From the NCBI GenBank assembly GCA_022844165.1, contig JALHMH010000008.1, positions 1 through 64,000 of the forward strand: a stretch of DNA of 64,000 nucleotides. Direction: 5' to 3'. Shown in pieces: positions 55,636-64,000 of the stretch. Numbering within the stretch: the stretch's first letter is position 1; the number at the start of each line of letters is the position of its first letter. A program made the position numbers and the translations under genes. Source of the stretch: Lysobacterales bacterium (GTDB lineage Bacteria; Pseudomonadota; Gammaproteobacteria; Xanthomonadales; SZUA-5). The notes beneath the pieces were generated by a model. That model searched no databases. It was not told where the DNA came from and saw only the letters and a program-made list of their open reading frames with translations.

Positions 55636-56514
55636 TCAGCTCTTCTCTTCTCGCTCTGCTTTGGTCTCAGATTCAAATCGGATCACCGCATCTTTGCCGT
55701 ACCAGCGTCCCTCGATCTGAGTCAGTTCCAACTCGTGCGATAGCGGTGCGTCGAATACCGTGACGGTGGCGCGAACGAGCGCCTTGTTTCCCTCAACTTT
55801 CAGCGTTTGAAATCGGGCGCTTGCGGCAATGGCGTCGATATCCAGACCGTACAGTTTGACGGCTCGTTTGCTCGCCGCGAACATTTTGCTGGCCGAGCCC
55901 AGTGCTTCTTCAAACGACAGCATCTTGAGCTGATCGAGGTTCTGGATGCCCGTGTCACGCGCAGCGCGAGTCACCAATGTCAACGCTTCACGCGCAGTCG
56001 CCGGATTGAAAAAATCGGTGCCTTTCAGCCAACGTTCCAGCCCTGGCAAGACAGCCCGCAACATCTCGCGTTGCTCGGCTGTCATGGTGTTGTCGGGCTG
56101 CGCCAATGCCATCTGCATCGCGCCGAGAGCCATCAGAATCCCGCCCTCCGCTTGAGGCGCGATCTCATTGAGTTTTGGCTCGAATTCCGCCATCAACCGG
56201 TCGACAGCATCGTTGGCCGTAAGCTTGGCAATCGCTTCTTCGAACTCGGCACGGTCTTTCTCTTCAATGGGCTTGCTGCGCTGCATCTCGTACGCGCCGC
56301 GCATCATCTGGAACTGGCCGGCAGGCATTGAGGCGCGCAACAGTCCAGCCACGTCGTTATTGCGCAGATGGCGCACAGCTGCCTGCAGTTGTTCTGCTGG
56401 ATCGACAACGGCAACGGTCTGGACCGACGCAGCTGCTTCTCGGGCCTGCAACGGAGCCGCAAAACCAGAGGACAACGCAACGCCGATCGTGACTGCTAAC
56501 AGAATCATCTTCAT
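55636..56514 (-). CDS. Hypothetical secreted protein
   Basis: AGGAG RBS, signal peptide, helical body, C-terminal IEGRWY. Confidence 0.75.
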   Translation of the reverse strand: MKMILLAVTIGVALSSGFAAPLQAREAAASVQTVAVVDPAEQLQAAVRHLRNNDVAGLLRASMPAGQFQMMRGAYEMQRSKPIEEKDRAEFEEAIAKLTANDAVDRLMAEFEPKLNEIAPQAEGGILMALGAMQMALAQPDNTMTAEQREMLRAVLPGLERWLKGTDFFNPATAREALTLVTRAARDTGIQNLDQLKMLSFEEALGSASKMFAASKRAVKLYGLDIDAIAASARFQTLKVEGNKALVRATVTVFDAPLSHELELTQIEGRWYGKDAVIRFESETKAEREEKS

Positions 56515-56607
56515 TTGAGGCTCCTACGTATCGGGGGCAAGCGCCAGACTGGTCAGCTTGTGGGGCCATATTAGTGTGCTAGTGATGTAGTACACCAATG
56601 AAAGAAG

Positions 56608-57492
56608 TCATGGTTCAATCGAACGATTGGCGACCAGCGCTTCGCGGGTGATGGCGAAAACACCCATCTGCCCCACCGAAAACGGAATCCAGGCGACTGG
56701 CAAATGCGCGAAGCGGCGTTTGAAAGCACGCCATCCTTCGCCGATTTCGACAATCAGCAGGCCACCCGGCATCAGATGCTCGATGGCGCCGTCGAGGATT
56801 CGAGTCGTTGCATCGAGCCCGTCGATGCCGGATACAAGTCCCAACTCAGGCTCGTGTGCGTACTCTGGCGCCAGTTTCCTGAATTCGGCATCGGTCACGT
56901 ACGGTGGGTTGGAGACAATCAACTCATAGCGAATGCCCTTCAGTTCTGCGTAGAGATCCGATTGGATGGTATGAACGCGCGAGGCAACGCGATGTCGGTC
57001 AATGTTTTCCTGCGCCAGCAGCAGAGCGTCGTGCGACAAATCGACAAGATCAACCCGCCACTGCGGTTGGTACACCGCCATTGCAACGCCGATGGAACCG
57101 CCGCCGCAGCAAAGGTCGAGCACGCGATGTACGCGTGCTGGCTCACACCACCCATCGAAACCCGACTCGATCAATTCAGCGATGGGCGAACGCGGAACCA
57201 GAGCCCGCGGGTCGGTCACGAAATCGAGCCCGGCGAACGGTGCGTGGCCAATCAAATAAGCCGCAGGAATGCGCTCCTGGATGCGGCGATTGATGAGCGC
57301 AGCAATTCGATCCTGCTCGGCGACTGTCAGCTCAGCACTGCCCAGGTTTCCCGGCCAATCGGCCGGCAGCTGCAAGGCGTGTAACGCCAAAGTGCGCGCT
57401 TCATCGAGCGCGTTGTCGGCGCTGTGGGCGACGAAAACACCCGCGGTTCGCAGTTGCGTTGCAGCAAGTCGAATGGCAGAGAGCAGGTTCAT
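56608..57492 (-). CDS. prmB: 50S ribosomal protein L3 N5-glutamine methyltransferase
   Basis: RIPAAYL, ALVPRSPIAELI, LDLCCGGGSI, SNPPY, HEPELGL. Confidence 0.93.
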   Translation of the reverse strand: MNLLSAIRLAATQLRTAGVFVAHSADNALDEARTLALHALQLPADWPGNLGSAELTVAEQDRIAALINRRIQERIPAAYLIGHAPFAGLDFVTDPRALVPRSPIAELIESGFDGWCEPARVHRVLDLCCGGGSIGVAMAVYQPQWRVDLVDLSHDALLLAQENIDRHRVASRVHTIQSDLYAELKGIRYELIVSNPPYVTDAEFRKLAPEYAHEPELGLVSGIDGLDATTRILDGAIEHLMPGGLLIVEIGEGWRAFKRRFAHLPVAWIPFSVGQMGVFAITREALVANRSIEP

Positions 57493-57518
57493 GGGCGATC
57501 GGTAGTTGGTGATGGTGG

Positions 57519-57917
57519 TCAGTCTCTTGCCAGACCGAGATAGCGCTCGATCGCGCGTAGACTTCCGCCCAACTGGGTTCTAAGCAGAAACCACCCGAGC
57601 AGCATACCGATGCCATTGGCCAGGAGGTCTGCGATCTCGGCATGCCGGTGCGGAGTTTGCGCCTGCAGGGCTTCGATCCCTATGCCATAGCCCAACAGCA
57701 TGCCGAATGCTCGCGGTAAGGTGGTCAGCTGGCCGAAGTAACACGCCAGGACGATATAGGCGAGCGCATGGTTGAGTTTGTCGATATTCGGCACCTCGAT
57801 TGCCGGGCCCTGGAGCGAGACCAGCGACAAGGTCGCAATGGCCGCCAGCAGCGCGATGCCCAGACCCCACCAGAACCCGCGCCATCGTAGTTCTACCATT
57901 GCCATTTCATGCTTCAC
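57519..57917 (-). CDS. VanZ-like membrane protein
   Basis: DKLNHALAY, IEALQ, DLLANGIG; start uncertain. Confidence 0.8.
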   Translation of the reverse strand: MKHEMAMVELRWRGFWWGLGIALLAAIATLSLVSLQGPAIEVPNIDKLNHALAYIVLACYFGQLTTLPRAFGMLLGYGIGIEALQAQTPHRHAEIADLLANGIGMLLGWFLLRTQLGGSLRAIERYLGLARD

Positions 57918-57955
57918 GTTTCAGCATCCACCTATCTTTGCAACAGCGCGCGATC

Positions 57956-59326
57956 ATGTCTTATTTCCAGCATTTCAATGCCAGTGATATCGAGCGCGAA
58001 TACCCGCGTGGGCAGGCATTCATCGACAAGTTTTCGCGCATCAGTCGCGACGCGTTGTGGCACGAGCAGAATGATCGCTTCAAGCGCTTGCTGGGGCGGG
58101 CGTGGAGAATGGCGTTTTACCGACGCCTTTGGGGCGCTGCGGGCATCGAGCCGGGCGATATTCGCTCGCTGGAGGACATCATCAAGTTGCCGACCTTCGG
58201 CAAACACGAGTTGATGGCCTCGATTGCGCTTCATCCGCCACTCGGCGACTTTCACGGGCGCGACAGTTTCCCGTCAGACCCGCCGCCGATGGTCATGCAC
58301 ACCACCAGTGGCACCACCGGCACACCGCAGCCGCTGTTTTTCGGTCCTCGCGGGCGCGAAACGCAGAATCTGCTGCTGGCGCGAGCGTACCTTCTCCAAG
58401 GCCTGACAGCGAGCGATGTTGTGCATTCGGTTTACGGCCATGGGCTGATCAATGGCGGTCACTTCGTCCGCGAAAGTGTGTTGCACTGGACGTCCGCTCT
58501 TTTCCTGTCTGCAGGTACCGGCATCGAGACGCGTTCGGCGCGCCAGGTAGAGTTGATGCGCGACTTCGGCGCAACCGTGATCGTCGGTTTTGCCGACTAC
58601 ATCAAGAAGCTTGCTGAAGTCGCCCGAGAGGCCGGGATCGAACCTGGCCGCGATATTCGCATTCGCATGATCAGCGGCCATCTCGGTCGCGAGTCGCGCG
58701 AACACATGAGTCAGCTCTGGGGTGGCGCGCAGCTCTACGATTGGTATGGTGTGGGCGATACCGGCACGATTGCCGCCGAAGGCCGCGATCAAAACGGATT
58801 GTATTTAATGGAAGACGCACAGTTCGTCGAAGTCCTTGACCTGGATACCGGCGCTCGAGTCGACGATGGGCAGCCGGGCGATCTGGTGGTGACGACGCTC
58901 TACAAGGACGACATCTATCCGCTGATCCGTTTCAATACCCACGATGTCACACTGATCGAAACGACGCCGTCGGATTTGGGCTTGAACCTCAGGCGAATGC
59001 GCGGCTTCCTGGGCCGCAGCGACAACATGGTGAAGCTGCGCGGCATCAACGTGTTTCCGCAAGCGGTCGGGCCGATCCTGGATGGATTGCCGGGATTTGC
59101 GGGCGAGTTTTTGTGCATGGTCGAGCGTCTCGGCGCGCGCGAGGAAATGACGGTACTGGTCGAGACTCGGGACGCGAGCGATGCGCGATTGGCGGAGGCG
59201 GCAGATTTGTTGCGCGCACGCCTGGGTGTCGATGTGCTGGTTGGGTTTAAACGGCCCGGCGAACTGGCGACGCAGACGGGCATCGAAACACGGCAAAAGC
59301 CCATCCGGCTCATTGATCGTCGTTGA
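57956..59326 (+). CDS. Phenylacetate-CoA ligase family protein
   Basis: TTSGTTGTP, PLIRFNTHD, GRSDNMVKLRGINVFP. Confidence 0.88.
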   Translation: MSYFQHFNASDIEREYPRGQAFIDKFSRISRDALWHEQNDRFKRLLGRAWRMAFYRRLWGAAGIEPGDIRSLEDIIKLPTFGKHELMASIALHPPLGDFHGRDSFPSDPPPMVMHTTSGTTGTPQPLFFGPRGRETQNLLLARAYLLQGLTASDVVHSVYGHGLINGGHFVRESVLHWTSALFLSAGTGIETRSARQVELMRDFGATVIVGFADYIKKLAEVAREAGIEPGRDIRIRMISGHLGRESREHMSQLWGGAQLYDWYGVGDTGTIAAEGRDQNGLYLMEDAQFVEVLDLDTGARVDDGQPGDLVVTTLYKDDIYPLIRFNTHDVTLIETTPSDLGLNLRRMRGFLGRSDNMVKLRGINVFPQAVGPILDGLPGFAGEFLCMVERLGAREEMTVLVETRDASDARLAEAADLLRARLGVDVLVGFKRPGELATQTGIETRQKPIRLIDRR

Positions 59327-59423
59327 ATCGACGTGCCGATGGCATGCCCCGCTGCTGCCAATCCACTTGCGCTCTGTTCACAGATCCCCACTCAAACTTC
59401 ATTGTCCAAAACAGGAATCCGTC

Positions 59424-59963
59424 ATGTCCAGAATTCTCTTCGCGCCGCTGTTACTGGCCGCATCGATGGCGAATGCTTCGTGCCCGCCGCTGCTCGATCA
59501 CAGCTTCCGCCCGCTTGCCGGCAAAGAGCCCGTCAAGCTCTGTGAGCAGTTCGAAGGCAAAGTGCTGCTGGTGGTCAATACTGCGAGTCAATGCGGCTTT
59601 ACGCCCCAGTATGAAGGCCTGGAGAAACTGCACAGCGAACTAAAGGACAAAGACTTCGCCGTGGTGGGTTTCCCGTCGAATGAGTTCGGCGGACAAGAAC
59701 CCGGCACGGAGGAAGAGATCAAAGAGTTCTGTACGCTGACCTATGGCGTCGCATTTCCGATGTTCGAAAAAGTACAAGTGAAGGGTGACAACGCCACGCC
59801 ATTTTATCGGGCCCTGGCCAAGGCCGGCGGTGGCGAACCGCAATGGAACTTCCACAAGTATCTGATCGACAAGAACGGCAATGTAATTGCTGGTTATGGC
59901 AGTCGCGTCAAACCCGACGCGCCGGAGCTCCGCGCAGCAATCGACTCCGCACTGAGCGACTGA
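59424..59963 (+). CDS. Glutathione peroxidase family protein, probably exported
   Basis: VVNTASQCGFTPQY, GFPSNEFGGQEPG, WNFHKYLI. Confidence 0.95.
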   Translation: MSRILFAPLLLAASMANASCPPLLDHSFRPLAGKEPVKLCEQFEGKVLLVVNTASQCGFTPQYEGLEKLHSELKDKDFAVVGFPSNEFGGQEPGTEEEIKEFCTLTYGVAFPMFEKVQVKGDNATPFYRALAKAGGGEPQWNFHKYLIDKNGNVIAGYGSRVKPDAPELRAAIDSALSD

Positions 59964-60201
59964 TCTACTGTTTTGAGTGCGTCAACGGTCGCTGCCGCGC
60001 CTGCTCACGGCGACCATTCGCGCACTTTGGCATGATGGTGCCACTCAGCTCCGGGCTGCAGGGCACTTGCAACGATCAATGTTGTGCGGCCATGGTTGTT
60101 GCGCAAGGCCGCGTCATGCCGAAGCCCTGCATCACCTCCCCGAATGTCGGGGAGCTGTCATAGCAAAACCAAAGCGATTTACAGCGATCGCGGGAGAATC
60201 C

Positions 60202-61413
60202 ATGCAAGCCTTCTATCGCGAGCAGTTCGTGATCCCAGGAAATGGCGACTGGGCGTATTTTTGCGGTAACTCGCTCGGCCTGATGCCACGTTCCGTGCCG
60301 CATGCGGTCCAACGGGTCACCGAACAATGGGCAACGTTGGCGGTCGAGGCGCATTTCACCGATCGCGACGCCTGGATGCCGTACCACAATTTGGTGCGCG
60401 ATCAACTGGCCCGTCTGGCTGGCGCAAAGCCGATCGAAGTTGTTGCGATGAATACGTTGACCACTAATCTGCATCTGATGATGGCCAGCTTCTATCGGCC
60501 TCGTGGCGAACGCCGGGCAATCCTGATCGAAGCGCGCGCTTTCCCATCGGATCGTCATGCAGTCGCCTCGCAAATCAATTTGCACGGTGGCAGCGTCGAC
60601 GACGATCTGATCGAGTTAGCGCCGCTGCCCGGTCACGAGACCATCGCGCCAGAGCAAATCGCCGCTGCCATTGCGGCCATCGGTGAACGTCTGGCTTTGG
60701 TGCTTTGGCCGGGCGTGCAGTACGTCACGGGTCAACGTTTTGATCTGGCAGCCATCACCCATGCCGCTCATGCCGTCGGCGCTGTGGCCGGGTTCGACCT
60801 GGCCCACGCCATTGGCAACGTGCCCGTCGACTTGCACGCGTCCGATGCAGATTTTGCGGTGTGGTGCAGCTACAAGTATTTGAACGCCGGACCGGGGTCG
60901 ATCGCCGGATGTTTTGTTCACGAGCGTCATGCCGATCGCGGTTTGCCGCGAATGGCCGGATGGTGGGGCCACGATCCGGCAACGCGATTCCAAATGGGGC
61001 CCGAGTTCCGGCCAACGCCAGGGGCCGATGGATGGCAGCTCTCCAACCCCTCAATCTTCGCATTGGCGCCGCTGCGTGCTTCGTTGGAGCTATTCGACGC
61101 TGTTGGGATGGCTGCCCTGCGCGATCGCTCAATGCAAATGACCGGGTTTCTGGCGGCTGCAATCGATGCCGAGATGTCCCGGTATCTCGACATCCTCACG
61201 CCACGCGATCCGCAGCAACGCGGCTGCCAAATCTCACTGCGCGTTCGAGCCGGGCGCGAATCGGGCCGCCGATTGCACGATGCGTTGCATGCTCGGGGCA
61301 TCATTGGCGACTGGCGCGAACCCGATGTCATTCGCGTCGCGCCAGCGCCGCTCTATAACAACCAAAGCGATATCGAGCGATTGCTGTCCGGTTTGCGCGA
61401 GGAACTGCAATGA
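60202..61413 (+). CDS. kynU: Kynureninase
   Basis: YFCGNSLGL, FPSD, DLAHAIGN, WCSYKYLNAGPG, GWWGH. Confidence 0.95.
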   Translation: MQAFYREQFVIPGNGDWAYFCGNSLGLMPRSVPHAVQRVTEQWATLAVEAHFTDRDAWMPYHNLVRDQLARLAGAKPIEVVAMNTLTTNLHLMMASFYRPRGERRAILIEARAFPSDRHAVASQINLHGGSVDDDLIELAPLPGHETIAPEQIAAAIAAIGERLALVLWPGVQYVTGQRFDLAAITHAAHAVGAVAGFDLAHAIGNVPVDLHASDADFAVWCSYKYLNAGPGSIAGCFVHERHADRGLPRMAGWWGHDPATRFQMGPEFRPTPGADGWQLSNPSIFALAPLRASLELFDAVGMAALRDRSMQMTGFLAAAIDAEMSRYLDILTPRDPQQRGCQISLRVRAGRESGRRLHDALHARGIIGDWREPDVIRVAPAPLYNNQSDIERLLSGLREELQ

Positions 61414-62750
61414 GCGCACCTGTTGTGATCGCCGGGGCAGGGCTCGCTGGCGCTTTGCTGGCAGCGCAACTGGCGTTGCGTGGGCATCGGGTTGCTGTGT
61501 ACGAAAAGCGCGCAGACAGCCGCCGGGAAGAGGTTGCCGCCGGACGCTCGATTAACCTGGCGCTCGCCGAGCGGGGCTGGGAGGGATTGCGTCGCGCAAA
61601 TGCGGTGGATGCCGTGATGCAATTCGCCTTGCCGATGCGCGGACGCATGGTCCATGACCGGCACGGACGTTTGTCTCTGCAACCGTATGGCGTTCGCAGC
61701 GATGAGGTCATTTATTCGGTACATCGCGGCCATCTCAACCAATGTCTGCTGGATGTGGCACAAGACGCCGGGGCCGAACTGCATTTCGACGCACCGCTGA
61801 CACGAGTCGACTTTGCAGCGCGACGAGCTCAGTTTGCGCAGGCCGAGGTGCCTTTTGAAGTGCTGATCGGTGCTGACGGCGCCGGCTCGGTGGTCCGTGC
61901 GTCGATGAGCGCCGCAGCGCCGCTGGGCGACTACACGGACTTTCTCGATCACGGTTATAAAGAACTCCGCATCCCCGATCGGGACGGAGCCTTTGCGCTC
62001 GATCCGGAAGCGCTGCATATCTGGCCGCGCGGTGGTTACATGTTGATCGCGCTGCCCAATCCAGATCGCAGTTTCACCGCCACGCTGTTTCTGGCCAATC
62101 GGTCCGAGAATGGGGAGGCGAGCTTTGCAGCGCTGTCGGATGCAAACGCGGCCCAGCGGTTCTTTGCCGCACAATTCGCGGACGTATTGGGATCGATTCC
62201 CGATTTTGATCGCCAGTGGACGGACCACCCGGTTGGCATTCTGGGAACCTTGCATTGTCCACGATGGCACCACGGCGATCGCGCGCTACTGATTGGCGAC
62301 GCTGCCCACGCGATAGTGCCATTCCATGGTCAGGGTATGAACTGTGCGTTCGAAGATTGCGTTTCGTTGATCGACGGCATAGGCCACCACACGCCTGGTA
62401 GCGCGATCGATTGGTCGGCAGTATTCGATCGATTCGATGCGGATCGTCGCCAGCACTGCGAGGCGATCGCAGCTATGGCCCTGGAAAACTACATCGAAAT
62501 GCGCGACTCGGTCGCCGATCCTGCGTATCAGCTACGTCGCGCATTGGAACTGGAGCTGGCCCGTCGCCTGCCGGAATTTCGCCCTCGCTACGCTCAAGTC
62601 ATGTTCACCAACATTCCCTACGCTCAAGCGCGTCAGAATGGCCGCGCCCAGGCAGAACTGATGAAGCGGCTGACCGAGGGCAAAACTCAGTTAAGCGAAA
62701 TCGACATCGACGCTGCTACGGCTGCAGCTTTGCGCCTGCGCTCCGGCTAA
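61410..62750 (+). CDS. kmo: Kynurenine 3-monooxygenase
   Basis: GAGLAG, GRSINLAL, ALHIWPRG, GDAAHAIVPFHGQGMNCAFED. Confidence 0.93.
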   Translation: MSAPVVIAGAGLAGALLAAQLALRGHRVAVYEKRADSRREEVAAGRSINLALAERGWEGLRRANAVDAVMQFALPMRGRMVHDRHGRLSLQPYGVRSDEVIYSVHRGHLNQCLLDVAQDAGAELHFDAPLTRVDFAARRAQFAQAEVPFEVLIGADGAGSVVRASMSAAAPLGDYTDFLDHGYKELRIPDRDGAFALDPEALHIWPRGGYMLIALPNPDRSFTATLFLANRSENGEASFAALSDANAAQRFFAAQFADVLGSIPDFDRQWTDHPVGILGTLHCPRWHHGDRALLIGDAAHAIVPFHGQGMNCAFEDCVSLIDGIGHHTPGSAIDWSAVFDRFDADRRQHCEAIAAMALENYIEMRDSVADPAYQLRRALELELARRLPEFRPRYAQVMFTNIPYAQARQNGRAQAELMKRLTEGKTQLSEIDIDAATAAALRLRSG

Positions 62751-64000
62751 GCAACTCGTGCAAGGCAGCGCTGAGCTGTTCGATGCGAAAGGGTTTGCGC
62801 ATGAACATTGTGACGTCGTCTTCGGCGCACAAGTCGGCTGCATGTTGTTTGGAATAGCCGCTGACGAACAGTACGGGCAGTGACGCCCGCACCTTGCGCA
62901 ATTCGGCGGCGACAACTGAGCCGTCTTTGTCCGGCATCGTCATATCCACCACCGCAATATGAAAGCGATCGGGCTCATTCGCGAACGCAGCAACCGCATC
63001 GTCGCCGACCAGGTAGGCACTCACGTTGTAGCCACACTGTTCCAACATCACGACAGTAATTGCCAAAACGTCCTCATCATCATCGACGGCCAGCACTTCG
63101 ATCGACTCTGGACTGATTTGAATCGAAACTTGCTCTCGCTCGACCGAAGACGAAGGTGCTGGCGCATCGATCAACGGCAACAGCAGTTTGATTTCCGTCC
63201 CAATGCCCTCTTTTGTTGTCAGGCGGATCGAGCCGCCTGACTCACGGATGATGCCCTGCACGACCGAGAGCCCGAGCCCACGGCCGGTCGATTTGGTGGT
63301 AAAAAACGGCTCAAAAATCCGTCGGGCTGTCGCCTCATCCATTCCTGGGCCATCGTCTCGCACCGATACCTCGACATAGCGCTCCGCATCGGCAATGGGC
63401 CACTGCAGCGTGATCGGTCGTACGTCCTGAGATGTGACCGCTTGAGCGCGCAGCAACACGGTTCCGCCGCGTTCGCCGATAGCGTCAACGGCGTTTTGCA
63501 CAAAGTTGAGGATCACTTGTTCCAGTTGCGTCTCATCGCCCAGGACCCAGAGCGCCTGTTCGTCGACTTGATAGCGCAGGCGCACGAAGCGTCCGGCGGA
63601 TGCTTTGAGCAAGGGTTCCATGTCATCCAGCAACCTTGCTACATTCAGCGGAGAACGTCGTCCGGATGATTTGCCCGCATAGGCAAGCATACGTTCGGTC
63701 AGGCCCTCCATCCGCGCCATAACGCTCTCGACGGTATGTAGATACTGTCCCAGGGGCGACTCATGGTTCACTGCCGATAAAGCGAGATTCAACTGCCCCA
63801 GGGCGGCCATCAGCATGTTATTGAGGTCGTGTGCGATGCCGCTGGCCATGACGCCGAGGCTTTCTGCCTTTTGCGCTTGATACACCTGACGCTGCAAGCT
63901 GTCGCGCTCAGCAAGTTGCCGATAATCGTCGGTTTTGTCTTGCAAAACGGCGAGGAAGGTTCCGTTCGTATCGGCGGCGTTCTGGCGCTCCAGTCGCATA
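62716..64000 (-). CDS. Hybrid sensor histidine kinase/receiver (5' part outside the window)
   Basis: GIAHDLNN, QVILNFVQNA, DDGPGM, FEPFFTTK, GRGLGL, receiver VDDD..DMTMP..KPF. Confidence 0.92.
   Translation of the reverse strand, partial: MRLERQNAADTNGTFLAVLQDKTDDYRQLAERDSLQRQVYQAQKAESLGVMASGIAHDLNNMLMAALGQLNLALSAVNHESPLGQYLHTVESVMARMEGLTERMLAYAGKSSGRRSPLNVARLLDDMEPLLKASAGRFVRLRYQVDEQALWVLGDETQLEQVILNFVQNAVDAIGERGGTVLLRAQAVTSQDVRPITLQWPIADAERYVEVSVRDDGPGMDEATARRIFEPFFTTKSTGRGLGLSVVQGIIRESGGSIRLTTKEGIGTEIKLLLPLIDAPAPSSSVEREQVSIQISPESIEVLAVDDDEDVLAITVVMLEQCGYNVSAYLVGDDAVAAFANEPDRFHIAVVDMTMPDKDGSVVAAELRKVRASLPVLFVSGYSKQHAADLCAEDDVTMFMRKPFRIEQLSAALHELLSRSAGAKLQP

Noticed and set aside
60202-62750. 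kynU-kmo as a horizontally acquired eukaryote-like pathway
   Set aside because: The kynurenine route to NAD is established in Xanthomonadales; ordinary here

Overview
GC-rich (roughly 60-65% by eye) bacterial chromosomal window, most consistent with a Xanthomonadales/Lysobacterales gammaproteobacterium (kynU-kmo pair, prmB, TIGR02999-type ECF plus Ser/Thr kinase, C-terminal DGVFQNGFE motif). Bases 1-6290 are the end of a genomic island bounded by a tRNA-Gly 3'-end att-like sequence. It holds a Tn7-like element whose core appears deleted by an IS21-family element, an exbD remnant and a LysR gene. Next is a YjfI/PspA/NfeD-like/flotillin/large-AAA operon resembling Pseudomonas PA3732-PA3728. A four-helix-bundle gene sits inside this operon, enclosed by inverted heptamer repeat arrays. 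Then come three translationally coupled, divergent ClpA/B-like double-AAA+ genes; two end in what look like GGQ-less release-factor-like domains. An ECF sigma/Ser-Thr kinase pair follows, with a shared putative promoter motif in front of both flanking secreted-protein genes, one a large di-heme beta-propeller protein. The rest is a lipase-DUF1302-DUF1329-YCF48-RND cluster, a GGDEF sensor, a DUF2157/DUF4401/GDYXXLXY trio and housekeeping genes. Best candidates for undescribed systems: the Clp triad with release-factor-like tails, and the hairpin-enclosed four-helix-bundle cassette. All family calls come from motif recognition by eye; no database searches were run.
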